Of a DNA stretch of 64,000 nucleotides, positions 39,700-48,307 are shown one piece after another (position 1 is the stretch's first letter; each line of letters opens with the position of its first letter). The stretch is from a virus. Location of the stretch: the IMG/VR virus record IMGVR_UViG_3300004369_000001, positions 1 to 64,000 of that record. One strand, 5' to 3'. Under the pieces are notes generated by a model. The model was not told the origin of the DNA. It made no database searches and saw only the letters and a program-made list of their open reading frames with translations. Both the position numbers and the translations under genes were made by a program.

Positions 39700-39846
39700 T
39701 TAGCGCCCTTGACCACGATAACGTTTTTTACGTCCATTGCGTGACGATGCTCCAAGGTGAGTATTCTTGCTGCGACCTTGACGAGTCTTCTTCGGGGGAC
39801 CTTCGGTGTAATTGGATCGAACCAGTCCGACTTTTGCTTTTGCCAT
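39700..39846 (-). CDS. 48-aa highly basic protein
   Basis: Manual translation: MAKAKVGLVRSNYTEGPPKKTRQGRSKNTHLGASSRNGRKKRYRGQGR. Confidence 0.7.
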   Translation of the reverse strand: MAKAKVGLVRSNYTEGPPKKTRQGRSKNTHLGASSRNGRKKRYRGQGR

Positions 39847-39877
39847 GAGTGACCTCAAACTACCTTGTAATTATACA

Positions 39878-40408
39878 TCATCCAGACCAGACTGTCATCG
39901 ACCCATATGCAACAACACTGCTGCAGGGATATGACCATCCTGGGAATCCAACGCCCAATGGATCAAGAATTCTTATCACAAGCCTCTTCAGGGCAAACGT
40001 GAAGAGAGTGGTCGGATATGCCGTCCTAGAGTGTCCAACGCCCTTATCCTCTAGAGTTAGCACAGAGCATGGAATAGGGGTCGGCACGGGGCACACAGCG
40101 TTGCCACAGGGGCACATATAGATGATAATGTTAGTGCAGGTGCTCGGGTGTGGAATAAACTTATCTCCTGCCAGCATGATTGGGAATCCATGCACCAAAA
40201 CAGTTGCCCTATCTGGTGTGATTGGGAAAATCGGTATTAGATTCAAAGGTGGCCACCAACAGGAATATTCTTTGATACGAATAGTCCTAGGTTTTGGTGG
40301 TGTCTTACATGGTTGAGTGCTATGGACCACAGGAGGCAAACACAATCCGTGTCCTGAGCAAGGAAGACCATTTAATGCTGCAACTGGTTTTACTAATCCG
40401 AATGGCAT
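39878..40408 (-). CDS. PAAR-like tail-spike tip protein (gp5.4-like), Cys-rich
   Basis: CSGHG, TVLVHGFPIMLAGD.FIPH, GH.R and C.SVVAYGS.TV motifs; start at 40408 overlaps the upstream stop (TAATG). Confidence 0.75.
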   Translation of the reverse strand: MPFGLVKPVAALNGLPCSGHGLCLPPVVHSTQPCKTPPKPRTIRIKEYSCWWPPLNLIPIFPITPDRATVLVHGFPIMLAGDKFIPHPSTCTNIIIYMCPCGNAVCPVPTPIPCSVLTLEDKGVGHSRTAYPTTLFTFALKRLVIRILDPLGVGFPGWSYPCSSVVAYGSMTVWSG

Positions 40409-43400
40409 TAGGTTACTCCCTCCAATGATCTGCCAATGTCGTATGGATACTGATCTTGACATTCATCGAAATATGGATTGCCCAAATTTCGGATTGTCTT
40501 ACTAAGTGCAGTTGTACCACCCGACAAATAATTCAAAACTTTGAATGTGCCCGAATATGGACCCATCTTCATTCTATATTTACCTTGGGTGATCCTACTA
40601 GGGTCAATAGCGATGGAAACGTCCGCAACACTCTCCAATGCAATACATCCATTACACAATCCAGTGCCACTGTTGTCTTGCTGAGAGAAGAAGAGCGAAT
40701 ATGGAGTCGCTGAAGTTGGTGGAGTGATTTCGTAGTAAGTTAGACCAGGAAGACCATTACCATTTGCGTCATAACCACAAAATACGTCCAAAGGACCATC
40801 TGTATTAGATCCCTTCCTCACATAGCGGTCCCAGCAGTCCTCAGGGATGCCTAGAGGGTCTGTAGGACACTCATTATCGTTAACACGGATAGAAGTGTAG
40901 ACTGCGCTGTCCTGCTCCTCCACAAAACCTTCTTCATCGGCAAGTGGATCTGCGGGATTGTAAGAATATGTGGTCCAGAATCCATAAGTGGAGTTTGGAG
41001 TATATTCGACGTTATCTCCCAGCCAAAGTTGGAATTGCTCGAATTCTGTGAAATTACTGCGATTATAGTCAAACGTATTTTCATCAGATCCCGTTGGGAC
41101 GAAAATTAGGTCATTGTTGTTGTTTGGATCACGATAGCAACGACCTGAGACAGTTCCACGACTACAATTCCAAGTTTTTGTGCCACCAGACACTTTTCTA
41201 CGCTCAGTCAAGCGTGGTTTCGGTAAGCCATTCAAAAATTCCATAAATTGCTGACCCTGAGATCCAGTTGTGGTCCCTTCAATGCTCAAATTGACTTGGA
41301 ATTGCGCTTCCTCGTCTTTTGGCGCACAATATTTGTATGGGAGGTAACCAAAAGCGACTGTTTTGCCATATGTGCGTGATTCTTCGTCTTCATCCGCTGC
41401 CATATAGGCACATGGCATCTGAAACCACTTCTTGATATTGTAAATAATCGGTTGAGCGACGTAAATGCAGCGATTTCCGCCAAAAGCACCATACAAACCG
41501 TTGAAAGCATCGGTAGTTTTCTCTGCTGTCTGAATATCTTGCTGAATTTCCGAGTGATACTTGCTCTGATATTCAGCAACGCCAGAATTTACATTCAAAA
41601 CGTCAAACATTCCGCTTGGAGGGAAGGCTTTTGTCAATGGCATCCCCATTGTGATGTCAATACAGTCAGCAGGGAGTGCTTGGCAGAAAGCAAATTGACC
41701 ATCTGGGTCAACTTCCGCCAATTCCATGTATGTGATTGGAATATTTGTCTTATTCCCCTCAGTCAAAACGCCAAAACTCTGCTTAATAATGTCTTGGAAG
41801 GGTGTCATGTCCTTTCCAAGCGTATCTGAGTCCAACATCCCACTCAAAGCATCGGGTTGTTTGCGAATACTCTCGTTATCGAGCTTAGATTCTGCCTCAA
41901 CTTGCAATCCTTGCTCGGCAATATAGACAACTGGCGGGTTTTGGGGGTCATAACCACTGCCACGATTGGTAATTGTGACCTTTCTGATGATTCCCGAGGG
42001 AGAAATGTCCGTGATTTTCGCTTCTGCTGCTTTATATTGCAAAACTGTGTCAAATTCACGCGATCTTTTGTTATAACCTTGCGCTACTTTGTTAAGAACT
42101 CGTCTCTGTTGGGCAGATCCAGTGCGATTTGTCTCCAATTGTGGGAATTGATTGATGTTTTCCTCGTATTGTGACTTGAATCCACGCCTAACTCCCTCTG
42201 CAGTGTCTTGTGCAGAGAATTCTTCGAGGATTTGTGGGTCGGAAATGACGATTTGGGGGTTGATATACCCCACTCCACCGTTGATGATGCTGATTTCTAC
42301 CACTTCACCCTGGGTATTGACCACTGCTTCTGCCTCAGCAAGGTCCAAAGTGCGGGTTGGTATCAATGCTTGAGGGTCAATCTTGACTTTATAGTATTGA
42401 ATATTCTTCTCAAACTCGTAAACACCCCAAAATGCGACCTTATCTGCGATGCCATACCCTGCCAAGACCACTGCAGTAGCACCATCTGCCGCAGTAATCG
42501 CCTGTTCGTAGGTAAATTTGTTGCCATCTACACCTTCATAGCGCGATAGGTCCATATAACCGCACTTCATTTTGTCTCCAAAGTAGAAAACGCGGTTGAT
42601 CAACCACCCTTGGAAGATCTCACCCTTCTTAAAACTACCCGAAGATGAGGTATAGCGGAAAAAGATACGCCTATCATTAGTGCCAGCAGTGGAAAATGAC
42701 TCCTCTAGACCACTACCCCCAGGTCCTTCCAGGGTAATCTTGGACTTTGTAGTCTTCCATGCATCTTCTCTGATCTGATAGAAGTGCGAATAGAATTCGG
42801 TATTGGGTATGCAGCAAGGATATGACTTTCCAGCCCCCCCAGTGCCTTCTGTGGTGCAAGTTGCGTTTGGACAACATGCTCTATCACTCAATTCATACTG
42901 AATGCCAAAGATCGGACCATTCCAGGGGTAGGTTGTGTCATACAGGTAATACATGAATTGGGAGTCATACCCATATTGAAACCCTAGGAATCGTGGCACA
43001 GCACCCTTGATGGCACCATTCAGACCATACAACCACTCGAAACGTGCTTCTTCATTGAGAATGGTAACACCAGATCCACCACCTTCAACGTTATCATTCA
43101 ATGGCCATCCATATCCATCGACAGCAGGGACACCAATGTCACTATTTCTGCGATATCTGAGGTATGAGTAGGTAGTAGTATTCCATGCATACCACCCAGA
43201 CTTGTCAATACACTGCCCTGTAGGACCAATCTTACCAATATCGATAATTCTCTTACTGCCTGCATCAGGTGCGTCACCACCAAAAACATAGCAGAGGATA
43301 CCCTGATACTCATATTCGCCATTCATGGCGTCTTTGGGGGCGATAGGACCGCCACTCAGGTTGACTTCGCCAGCAGGTGTGGTGGTATAGAAGTTGTCAG

Positions 43401-44028
43401 ACTCGGGTGTGCCGCTATGAATGACGTTATCTTTGAAATAGTGATACAGTGGTTGGATAGATTCACCACTCCCTAGGTAGTCTGCTGCAGCACCAGGAGT
43501 CGTAAACACATATCCCAACTTTGAGACATATCGATACGGCGCATCATTGTCACTTGCAGGGGGTGTAGCAGATAATGTAAGAATCGAATCATCATTATTT
43601 CTACCTCTGTAATGAGAATACAGCGGCACCGATCCTTGGACTTGTGTCCTCATAATAAAAAACACAGGAATATCGCCCTGTCTAGGCTCAGGGTTATATC
43701 CTCTTAAAACTTTACGCCACGATTCATCATCACCGACAGCATCTTCTTGTCTTAACTGATCTCGGTGTGTGTATTTGTGATCGTATTTTGCTCCACGATA
43801 CCAACGATATATTGGTTGTCTCTCGAATTCGCAATTATCTACACAGGTAGCCTCTTCATCGCCAATGTAATGCACATTATCTCTGCCAAGCGGCATCGAC
43901 CCAGGACCCTCGTCGAGGAAGGAGAGAGTGTATTCTGACCCATCGTAGTCAAACATAGGTCTCTCATAATCTTCCCCATCGATCGGGTTTGGGAAACTGC
44001 GACCTGTTTCAAGAATAAAGGCGGGCAT
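40408..44028 (-). CDS. Large virion structural protein (baseplate hub/spike-associated)
   Basis: 1206 aa; contains GxGY-P repeats (IINGGVGYINPQI, ITNRGSGYDPQNPP) and PLYHYF..DNFYT repeats, is Cys-rich, and sits immediately upstream of PAAR. Confidence 0.65.
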   Translation of the reverse strand: MPAFILETGRSFPNPIDGEDYERPMFDYDGSEYTLSFLDEGPGSMPLGRDNVHYIGDEEATCVDNCEFERQPIYRWYRGAKYDHKYTHRDQLRQEDAVGDDESWRKVLRGYNPEPRQGDIPVFFIMRTQVQGSVPLYSHYRGRNNDDSILTLSATPPASDNDAPYRYVSKLGYVFTTPGAAADYLGSGESIQPLYHYFKDNVIHSGTPESDNFYTTTPAGEVNLSGGPIAPKDAMNGEYEYQGILCYVFGGDAPDAGSKRIIDIGKIGPTGQCIDKSGWYAWNTTTYSYLRYRRNSDIGVPAVDGYGWPLNDNVEGGGSGVTILNEEARFEWLYGLNGAIKGAVPRFLGFQYGYDSQFMYYLYDTTYPWNGPIFGIQYELSDRACCPNATCTTEGTGGAGKSYPCCIPNTEFYSHFYQIREDAWKTTKSKITLEGPGGSGLEESFSTAGTNDRRIFFRYTSSSGSFKKGEIFQGWLINRVFYFGDKMKCGYMDLSRYEGVDGNKFTYEQAITAADGATAVVLAGYGIADKVAFWGVYEFEKNIQYYKVKIDPQALIPTRTLDLAEAEAVVNTQGEVVEISIINGGVGYINPQIVISDPQILEEFSAQDTAEGVRRGFKSQYEENINQFPQLETNRTGSAQQRRVLNKVAQGYNKRSREFDTVLQYKAAEAKITDISPSGIIRKVTITNRGSGYDPQNPPVVYIAEQGLQVEAESKLDNESIRKQPDALSGMLDSDTLGKDMTPFQDIIKQSFGVLTEGNKTNIPITYMELAEVDPDGQFAFCQALPADCIDITMGMPLTKAFPPSGMFDVLNVNSGVAEYQSKYHSEIQQDIQTAEKTTDAFNGLYGAFGGNRCIYVAQPIIYNIKKWFQMPCAYMAADEDEESRTYGKTVAFGYLPYKYCAPKDEEAQFQVNLSIEGTTTGSQGQQFMEFLNGLPKPRLTERRKVSGGTKTWNCSRGTVSGRCYRDPNNNNDLIFVPTGSDENTFDYNRSNFTEFEQFQLWLGDNVEYTPNSTYGFWTTYSYNPADPLADEEGFVEEQDSAVYTSIRVNDNECPTDPLGIPEDCWDRYVRKGSNTDGPLDVFCGYDANGNGLPGLTYYEITPPTSATPYSLFFSQQDNSGTGLCNGCIALESVADVSIAIDPSRITQGKYRMKMGPYSGTFKVLNYLSGGTTALSKTIRNLGNPYFDECQDQYPYDIGRSLEGVT

Positions 44029-44033
44029 TCAAT

Positions 44034-44315
44034 TTATTGAGCTTCCAGTTTATTTAGTCGCTCATACAGATCATCAAAGATCTGTTTCATGTTGAGATAT
44101 TCGTCCGCCCCTTGAGGTTTATACTGAATCATATCCGCCGAAGGCGGAGGGAGTTTCTGTAAAGCACCTTCACATATCGCCACTCGCTTGGATAGATTCT
44201 CAATTGCCTTGCCCACCTGTGTTAACAGATACGCTAACTGATCAGTATCACTCATATCTGGGGTGATGACAACCCCATCTGGGGTGGAGGATGTGTTATA
44301 GTTGATAGGATTCAT
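44034..44315 (-). CDS. Hypothetical coiled-coil protein
   Basis: 93-aa ORF (IQYKP...YLNM..IFDDLY.RLN.LE); a CTAAATA late promoter at 44051-57 lies inside its 3' end. Confidence 0.7.
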   Translation of the reverse strand: MNPINYNTSSTPDGVVITPDMSDTDQLAYLLTQVGKAIENLSKRVAICEGALQKLPPPSADMIQYKPQGADEYLNMKQIFDDLYERLNKLEAQ

Positions 44316-44355
44316 AGATGCTCAACGCGGTTTTGGTTTTTCGCGGTTTTTGAAA

Positions 44356-44526
44356 TTACTCAGATTCCTCAACCTTCTTAATGCAGATCGACCCATCGAT
44401 CTCCTCTGTGTATTCTAAAAGATCCCCTTCGACCCATCCAGTCTCGTCAAGTAACTCTTCGGGTAGGGTGATGAAACATTCTCCATGCTCATCTTCTTCC
44501 ACTGGGATTGTGTATCTTTTACTCAT
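44356..44526 (-). CDS. AbrB/MazE/SpoVT-type DNA-binding protein
   Basis: MSKRYTIPVEEDEHGECFITLPEELLDETGWVEGDLLEY...GSICIKK matches the swapped-hairpin pattern. Confidence 0.75.
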   Translation of the reverse strand: MSKRYTIPVEEDEHGECFITLPEELLDETGWVEGDLLEYTEEIDGSICIKKVEESE

Positions 44527-44871
44527 AGGTTTTGCAATACCTGTCATGTGTATGTAGACAAAACAATATTTGACAAAATTGCAAATACTGTATGAGTGGG
44601 TTACTTACCCCTGAAGCGTGTTACAAGTGCCTTGTAGGCGATCCTGAGAGTCTCTGAGAGGGTTATTGAAATATATTCTATTTGCTCTCTTGGCGTGACT
44701 CTGAGGGGAGTTTTTATACCCTCAAAATTTTTTTCAGAGGGGGGGACCCGTAGTTTCATTTTGATAATATGGGGAGATACATCGAGGTCGATGCTATACT
44801 TTTGTAGGTTAGGGACTTATGCGTTTTTAATATACACCATCACCCCCAAGAATACACTGCTCTCAGAGTAA

Positions 44872-45093
44872 CTAATAGTCCCCAACATGCACATCATAGC
44901 ATAACCCTTCAGTGATGCAATAATCACAGAATTGTTGATACTGTGTGAGGTAATCATCAAGGTCCAGGTCTATTAACTGTTGTGCTAATTCGACTTGCTC
45001 TTGTGGTGGTAATTGTCCCTCATCGTATAGATCAAGGAGCGTCTCTAGACTATCAGGAATAGAGGCGATCTTGCTGCCGTAGGTGTCACTCAT
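44872..45093 (-). CDS. Acidic hypothetical protein
   Basis: 73-aa ORF with ATGA coupling; last gene of the early block. Confidence 0.7.
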   Translation of the reverse strand: MSDTYGSKIASIPDSLETLLDLYDEGQLPPQEQVELAQQLIDLDLDDYLTQYQQFCDYCITEGLCYDVHVGDY

Positions 45094-45257
45094 GCGCCTG
45101 AGAATTGCTTTGCATCATTGATAGCGAGTTGCTGTGATTTGAATGGACCATACTTAGGACAACCATCGTAATTGTATGCCCAAAAGTATTTCCCACTCTT
45201 CTCCCATACTCTTATATCAACAGGAGGAATTGTTTGGAGTTGGATAGTATTACTCAC
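45090..45257 (-). CDS. 55-aa hypothetical protein
   Basis: Manual translation, GTG start: MSNTIQLQTIPPVDIRVWEKSGKYFWAYNYDGCPKYGPFKSQQLAINDAKQFSGA; GTGA/ATGA overlaps on both sides. Confidence 0.65.
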   Translation of the reverse strand: MSNTIQLQTIPPVDIRVWEKSGKYFWAYNYDGCPKYGPFKSQQLAINDAKQFSGA

Positions 45258-45379
45258 GACCAGTCTCCTCTAATGTCCTCTGAGAATTCAGGTCCTTCAC
45301 TATCATCATAGAGGTCTAGATCGTCCTCTGTTTCTTCACTCAGAAACTCGTCAATCCAATCGGTGTTAGGATCAATCAT
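45254..45379 (-). CDS. 41-aa extremely acidic peptide
   Basis: Manual translation: MIDPNTDWIDEFLSEETEDDLDLYDDSEGPEFSEDIRGDWS; coupled to both neighbours. Confidence 0.6.
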   Translation of the reverse strand: MIDPNTDWIDEFLSEETEDDLDLYDDSEGPEFSEDIRGDWS

Positions 45380-45567
45380 GACTCGTAGTCTCCCTGGGCG
45401 TAATCATCAACAGAATTCTTTCGTTGATACTTACCTGTGGAAAAGTCTGTGGAAAACTCATCATAATTGGTGGAGGATTTCTTACTATTACCCCACTGTC
45501 TTTTCTCTCGAATACTCTTAGGTCTCCGAGAGTTGTAAGGATCATTGCGTTTGTAAGTGCGTCCCAT
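45376..45567 (-). CDS. Small protein with basic N-terminus
   Basis: 63-aa ORF MGRTYKRND...; first gene after a sigma70 promoter. Confidence 0.7.
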   Translation of the reverse strand: MGRTYKRNDPYNSRRPKSIREKRQWGNSKKSSTNYDEFSTDFSTGKYQRKNSVDDYAQGDYES

Positions 45568-45816
45568 TAGTTATGTTTAAGAGGGTTTGAGTGAGTTACA
45601 AATAAGAGGATAAGTCTTATCTGAGTTATTGTCAAGTGGTCTGTGAGGGTTTGTGTAGTGTCCTCTGAGATCTTGCGAGATCTGAGTTGATGTGTTACAG
45701 TCCGAGGTAACTAAAAGATCACACATTTCTCGGAGTATTTAACACAAACATATGTTTTTTAAGGTATTTAGTTTTCCACATGTTTTTCCACAGGTTATAA
45801 AGATATCTGTGGAAAA
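45436..45816. promoter_or_regulatory. Cluster of cyanobacterial-type DnaA boxes (TTTTCCACA)
   Basis: Exact 9-mers at 45436-44(-), 45448-56(-), 45772-80(+), 45784-92(+) and 45808-16(-), plus one at 46394-402(-). Both tandem pairs have a 12-bp period. Confidence 0.6.
45607..45635 (-). promoter_or_regulatory. sigma70-like early promoter
   Basis: TTGACA-17 nt-TATCCT, 40 nt upstream of the 45567 start. Confidence 0.65.
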
Positions 45817-45834
45817 CTACGCGGAGAGTATCAT

Positions 45835-46458
45835 TTAGATGGGCACAAAGTTAACAGTGAGAGTGATACGATTAGGCGTAGCATTGCCTTCATAACCATG
45901 TGTAATCATGCTTGGATAGATTATAACATCACCTTCTTCCATAGGTGTTGTTGCTTCCGTAAGATTATAGGGAGAGTAACCTTTAGATGGAAATTGCATG
46001 ACTGGGTAATAGTTTGATGTGACATTACGTCTAAACTTTACAGGTGCATGTCCTTTCTCGTAGTTAATTAAAACGGTGGCAGAATACAAACAATTAGAGT
46101 GCTCATGTGGTGCATACAATGCTCCTTCACCTGCCATCTCTAAGTATGCTTCACTGATGGCAAGATTGACATCATAATTGTATGTCTGAGTATTGAAAAG
46201 ATTAGCAATTTCGATTAACTGTTGGGACAGTAATGGGGATTGCTCAATACACTCATTGCGTGATCCAATTTGTTTTACATTATGAGAGATTGACTCTCTT
46301 CCAGTTTCATCAACTAACTTAACTTTGTTGATGTAAGTGTAGATTTCATTTCGGAGGGCAGGATAATCTTTGAGAGCATATCGTCCTACAGGTTGTGGAA
46401 AAAGACCATAAATCTCCTGTGTTACTGTATCCTCTAGATTGTCAGATAAGTTAGTCAT
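45835..46458 (-). CDS. Putative 2OG-Fe(II) oxygenase (TIGR02466-like)
   Basis: HEH..C.YSA, EGDVIIYPS.I.H and R.TL.VNF motifs. Confidence 0.8.
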   Translation of the reverse strand: MTNLSDNLEDTVTQEIYGLFPQPVGRYALKDYPALRNEIYTYINKVKLVDETGRESISHNVKQIGSRNECIEQSPLLSQQLIEIANLFNTQTYNYDVNLAISEAYLEMAGEGALYAPHEHSNCLYSATVLINYEKGHAPVKFRRNVTSNYYPVMQFPSKGYSPYNLTEATTPMEEGDVIIYPSMITHGYEGNATPNRITLTVNFVPI

Positions 46459-46484
46459 TTGGGGCGGAGTTGTGTAATACTATT

Positions 46485-46697
46485 TTATACGAGCACATGG
46501 CGATAGTCAATAGTTTTGATGCACCAACCTGATGCACATGTGATCTCTTCAATTAGATCATCTTCATCATCTGCCTCCCAGATTGTTGTAATATACTCTT
46601 CACGAAGTTTCTCCTCCGTGCGTCGTTGATTCCATCGTCCTCCATCATCAGAATCAAGAGAACAATCAAACTCAATGTCAGTAACTTGGAATTGCAT
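46485..46697 (-). CDS. Acidic hypothetical protein
   Basis: 70 aa; WEADDEDDLIEEITCASGWCIK. Confidence 0.75.
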   Translation of the reverse strand: MQFQVTDIEFDCSLDSDDGGRWNQRRTEEKLREEYITTIWEADDEDDLIEEITCASGWCIKTIDYRHVLV

Positions 46698-46702
46698 TGT
46701 TG

Positions 46703-46876
46703 TTAAACAGTAGCAGGGGCGAGAGTAACAGTAACGCGGTGAAGATTTAATCCTGCGAGTTGCTCACCTACACGTTTGCAAATTACATCAGTGGGATTCT
46801 TTAGGCGAGTCTTTTCATACCAAATTGTGCGACATTGATCGTAGGTTTCAACTTCAATACGAACGGTTTGAGTCAT
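46703..46876 (-). CDS. 57-aa hypothetical protein
   Basis: Manual translation: MTQTVRIEVETYDQCRTIWYEKTRLKNPTDVICKRVGEQLAGLNLHRVTVTLAPATV; ATGA overlap. Confidence 0.65.
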   Translation of the reverse strand: MTQTVRIEVETYDQCRTIWYEKTRLKNPTDVICKRVGEQLAGLNLHRVTVTLAPATV

Positions 46877-47031
46877 TTTGCAGTGCGTTGAATGAGATCA
46901 GCAGTGAGATGAAGTGCTTCGCCTGTGTTATATCTTACACCAGGAAAGAGAAAGAAGGCAACAACAAAGATCAGACCAATAAGTTTCATTTTGTTGGGTG
47001 ATTTGAAGGTCAGATACTTACGTCGTGCCAT
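46873..47031 (-). CDS. 52-aa single-TM membrane protein
   Basis: Manual translation: MARRKYLTFKSPNKMKLIGLIFVVAFFLFPGVRYNTGEALHLTADLIQRTAK. Confidence 0.65.
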   Translation of the reverse strand: MARRKYLTFKSPNKMKLIGLIFVVAFFLFPGVRYNTGEALHLTADLIQRTAK

Positions 47032-47035
47032 TCAA

Positions 47036-47398
47036 TCAGGCAGCAAGAGGAAGAGCAGACTCACCAAGATTCAGACCAGAATAAAATAACACAACCTCGA
47101 AGGATTGAGTGCTGTTGTTATACTGACGCACATACCAAACATGATCCTTTTGAAATACACCTTCGCCAGCGATTGCATTAGCGTCGCAGATAGCATTGAG
47201 GCGTGATTTGGTAGTGTTGGATTGCCAACCACCATCAAACAGTTGCACACAATCATCACTCACAGTGGCGATATGATTGCCGTGCAGATATACACGAGAC
47301 ACATTATCTTGCTCATCAAATTGCACAGAAGTGTTGCCAGATTGCCAGTTGATAGAATCAGCGATTGCCTGATTCATTTGCTTTTCAATCTTACGCAT
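47036..47398 (-). CDS. Conserved early hypothetical protein
   Basis: Probable start MRKIEKQMNQAI (47398) downstream of a promoter cassette; VYLHGNHIA..GWQSNTTKSRLNA motif. Confidence 0.75.
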   Translation of the reverse strand: MRKIEKQMNQAIADSINWQSGNTSVQFDEQDNVSRVYLHGNHIATVSDDCVQLFDGGWQSNTTKSRLNAICDANAIAGEGVFQKDHVWYVRQYNNSTQSFEVVLFYSGLNLGESALPLAA

Positions 47399-47449
47399 GG
47401 TTTTGGAGTTAGAGTGAATGTGGAAGGTGCGATCCCCCCCACGACATTG

Positions 47450-47506
47450 AATATAAGGCATTTTGAGGGTCTGTGCCAGAAAAGTGGACACTGTGCCAAC
47501 TGGCAC
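47450..47506 (-). promoter_or_regulatory. Early promoter cassette (inverted repeat + -35/-10)
   Basis: GTGCCAGTtggcaCAGTGTCCAC..TGGCAC-17 nt-TATATT; 5'UTR hairpin GTGGGGGG...CCTTCCAC. Confidence 0.7.
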
Positions 47507-47510
47507 AATT

Positions 47511-47675
47511 TTACTTTCTAAACCTCGCGCAAACATCATCATAGGATGCACCTACAGGGATTTGTTTGCAAAAACGCTCCATCTTACTGTCCTGCATTTT
47601 GTTGACTGAATCAATAGCGGAGACGCCAATCATGCCACCAATGACAATAACAAATGTACCGAGGAAGATTCTCAT
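47511..47675 (-). CDS. 54-aa membrane micro-protein
   Basis: Manual translation: MRIFLGTFVIVIGGMIGVSAIDSVNKMQDSKMERFCKQIPVGASYDDVCARFRK. Confidence 0.65.
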   Translation of the reverse strand: MRIFLGTFVIVIGGMIGVSAIDSVNKMQDSKMERFCKQIPVGASYDDVCARFRK

Positions 47676-47800
47676 TTGTTTAGTGGAGAATTGTAGAAAC
47701 GGCGGAAAGCAGTGACAATAATAATGGCAGTGCTAATAACGCCAACGAGACCAAGAAAAGTCGTTGCATCGCCAGAGAAAGAATAGGTGTCAGGTGTCAT
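47672..47800 (-). CDS. 42-aa membrane micro-protein
   Basis: Manual translation: MTPDTYSFSGDATTFLGLVGVISTAIIIVTAFRRFYNSPLNK; ATGA overlaps. Confidence 0.65.
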   Translation of the reverse strand: MTPDTYSFSGDATTFLGLVGVISTAIIIVTAFRRFYNSPLNK

Positions 47801-47883
47801 CGGTAGATTGCTTTGAAGAAGAATACAATGCCAGCAACTGTAATAATACCAGTTGCAATCAGTGAGAGATTAACTATATCCAT
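47797..47883 (-). CDS. 28-aa membrane micro-protein
   Basis: Manual translation: MDIVNLSLIATGIITVAGIVFFFKAIYR; TGATG/ATGA overlaps. Confidence 0.55.
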   Translation of the reverse strand: MDIVNLSLIATGIITVAGIVFFFKAIYR

Positions 47884-48227
47884 CAGGCAGAGATCAGAGA
47901 TTCAAATGCATCACGATGTTGCTCTGCAAAGATAGCAACACATGGCGCGGTGTTGATATACTCAACGATGAAATCTTTGCACTCGGCAACAGTATCGAAT
48001 CCCGCAATGCGCGGATAGACCCACGCAATAGATCCATCAGCAAGTACTTGACTACGACGTGCATTTACACGATAGTTTCCCTCATCCTCAGAGTAATCTG
48101 CAGTGATAGTGAAAGCAGCGAGACGATTCTCACCCACCCAGATAGAATCTTCCTCAACCCAAATATCTTCACAATAGGCGACAGTATCCAGGCGCTTGGT
48201 GTAATCGATGGAGATGGCGTTGGTCAT
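47883..48227 (-). CDS. Early hypothetical protein
   Basis: Probable start MTNAISIDY just downstream of the promoter repeat. Confidence 0.7.
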   Translation of the reverse strand: MTNAISIDYTKRLDTVAYCEDIWVEEDSIWVGENRLAAFTITADYSEDEGNYRVNARRSQVLADGSIAWVYPRIAGFDTVAECKDFIVEYINTAPCVAIFAEQHRDAFESLISA

Positions 48228-48248
48228 TCGTTTTGTTTGTTGTGAGAG

Positions 48249-48307
48249 TATATTTGCACAGATCGGGTGCCTGTGCTCATTTAGTGTGCAGGTTGTCTGA
48301 CTGTCAC
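48249..48307 (-). repeat. Early promoter cassette repeat, copy 1
   Basis: AACCTGCACAC.AAATG.GCACAGGCACCCGATCTGTGCAAATATA, near-identical to copies at 49408 and 50468. Confidence 0.85.

Noticed and set aside
44570-44598. + strand sigma70 promoter at TTGACA 44570
   Set aside because: There is no acceptable -10 hexamer at 16-18 nt spacing.
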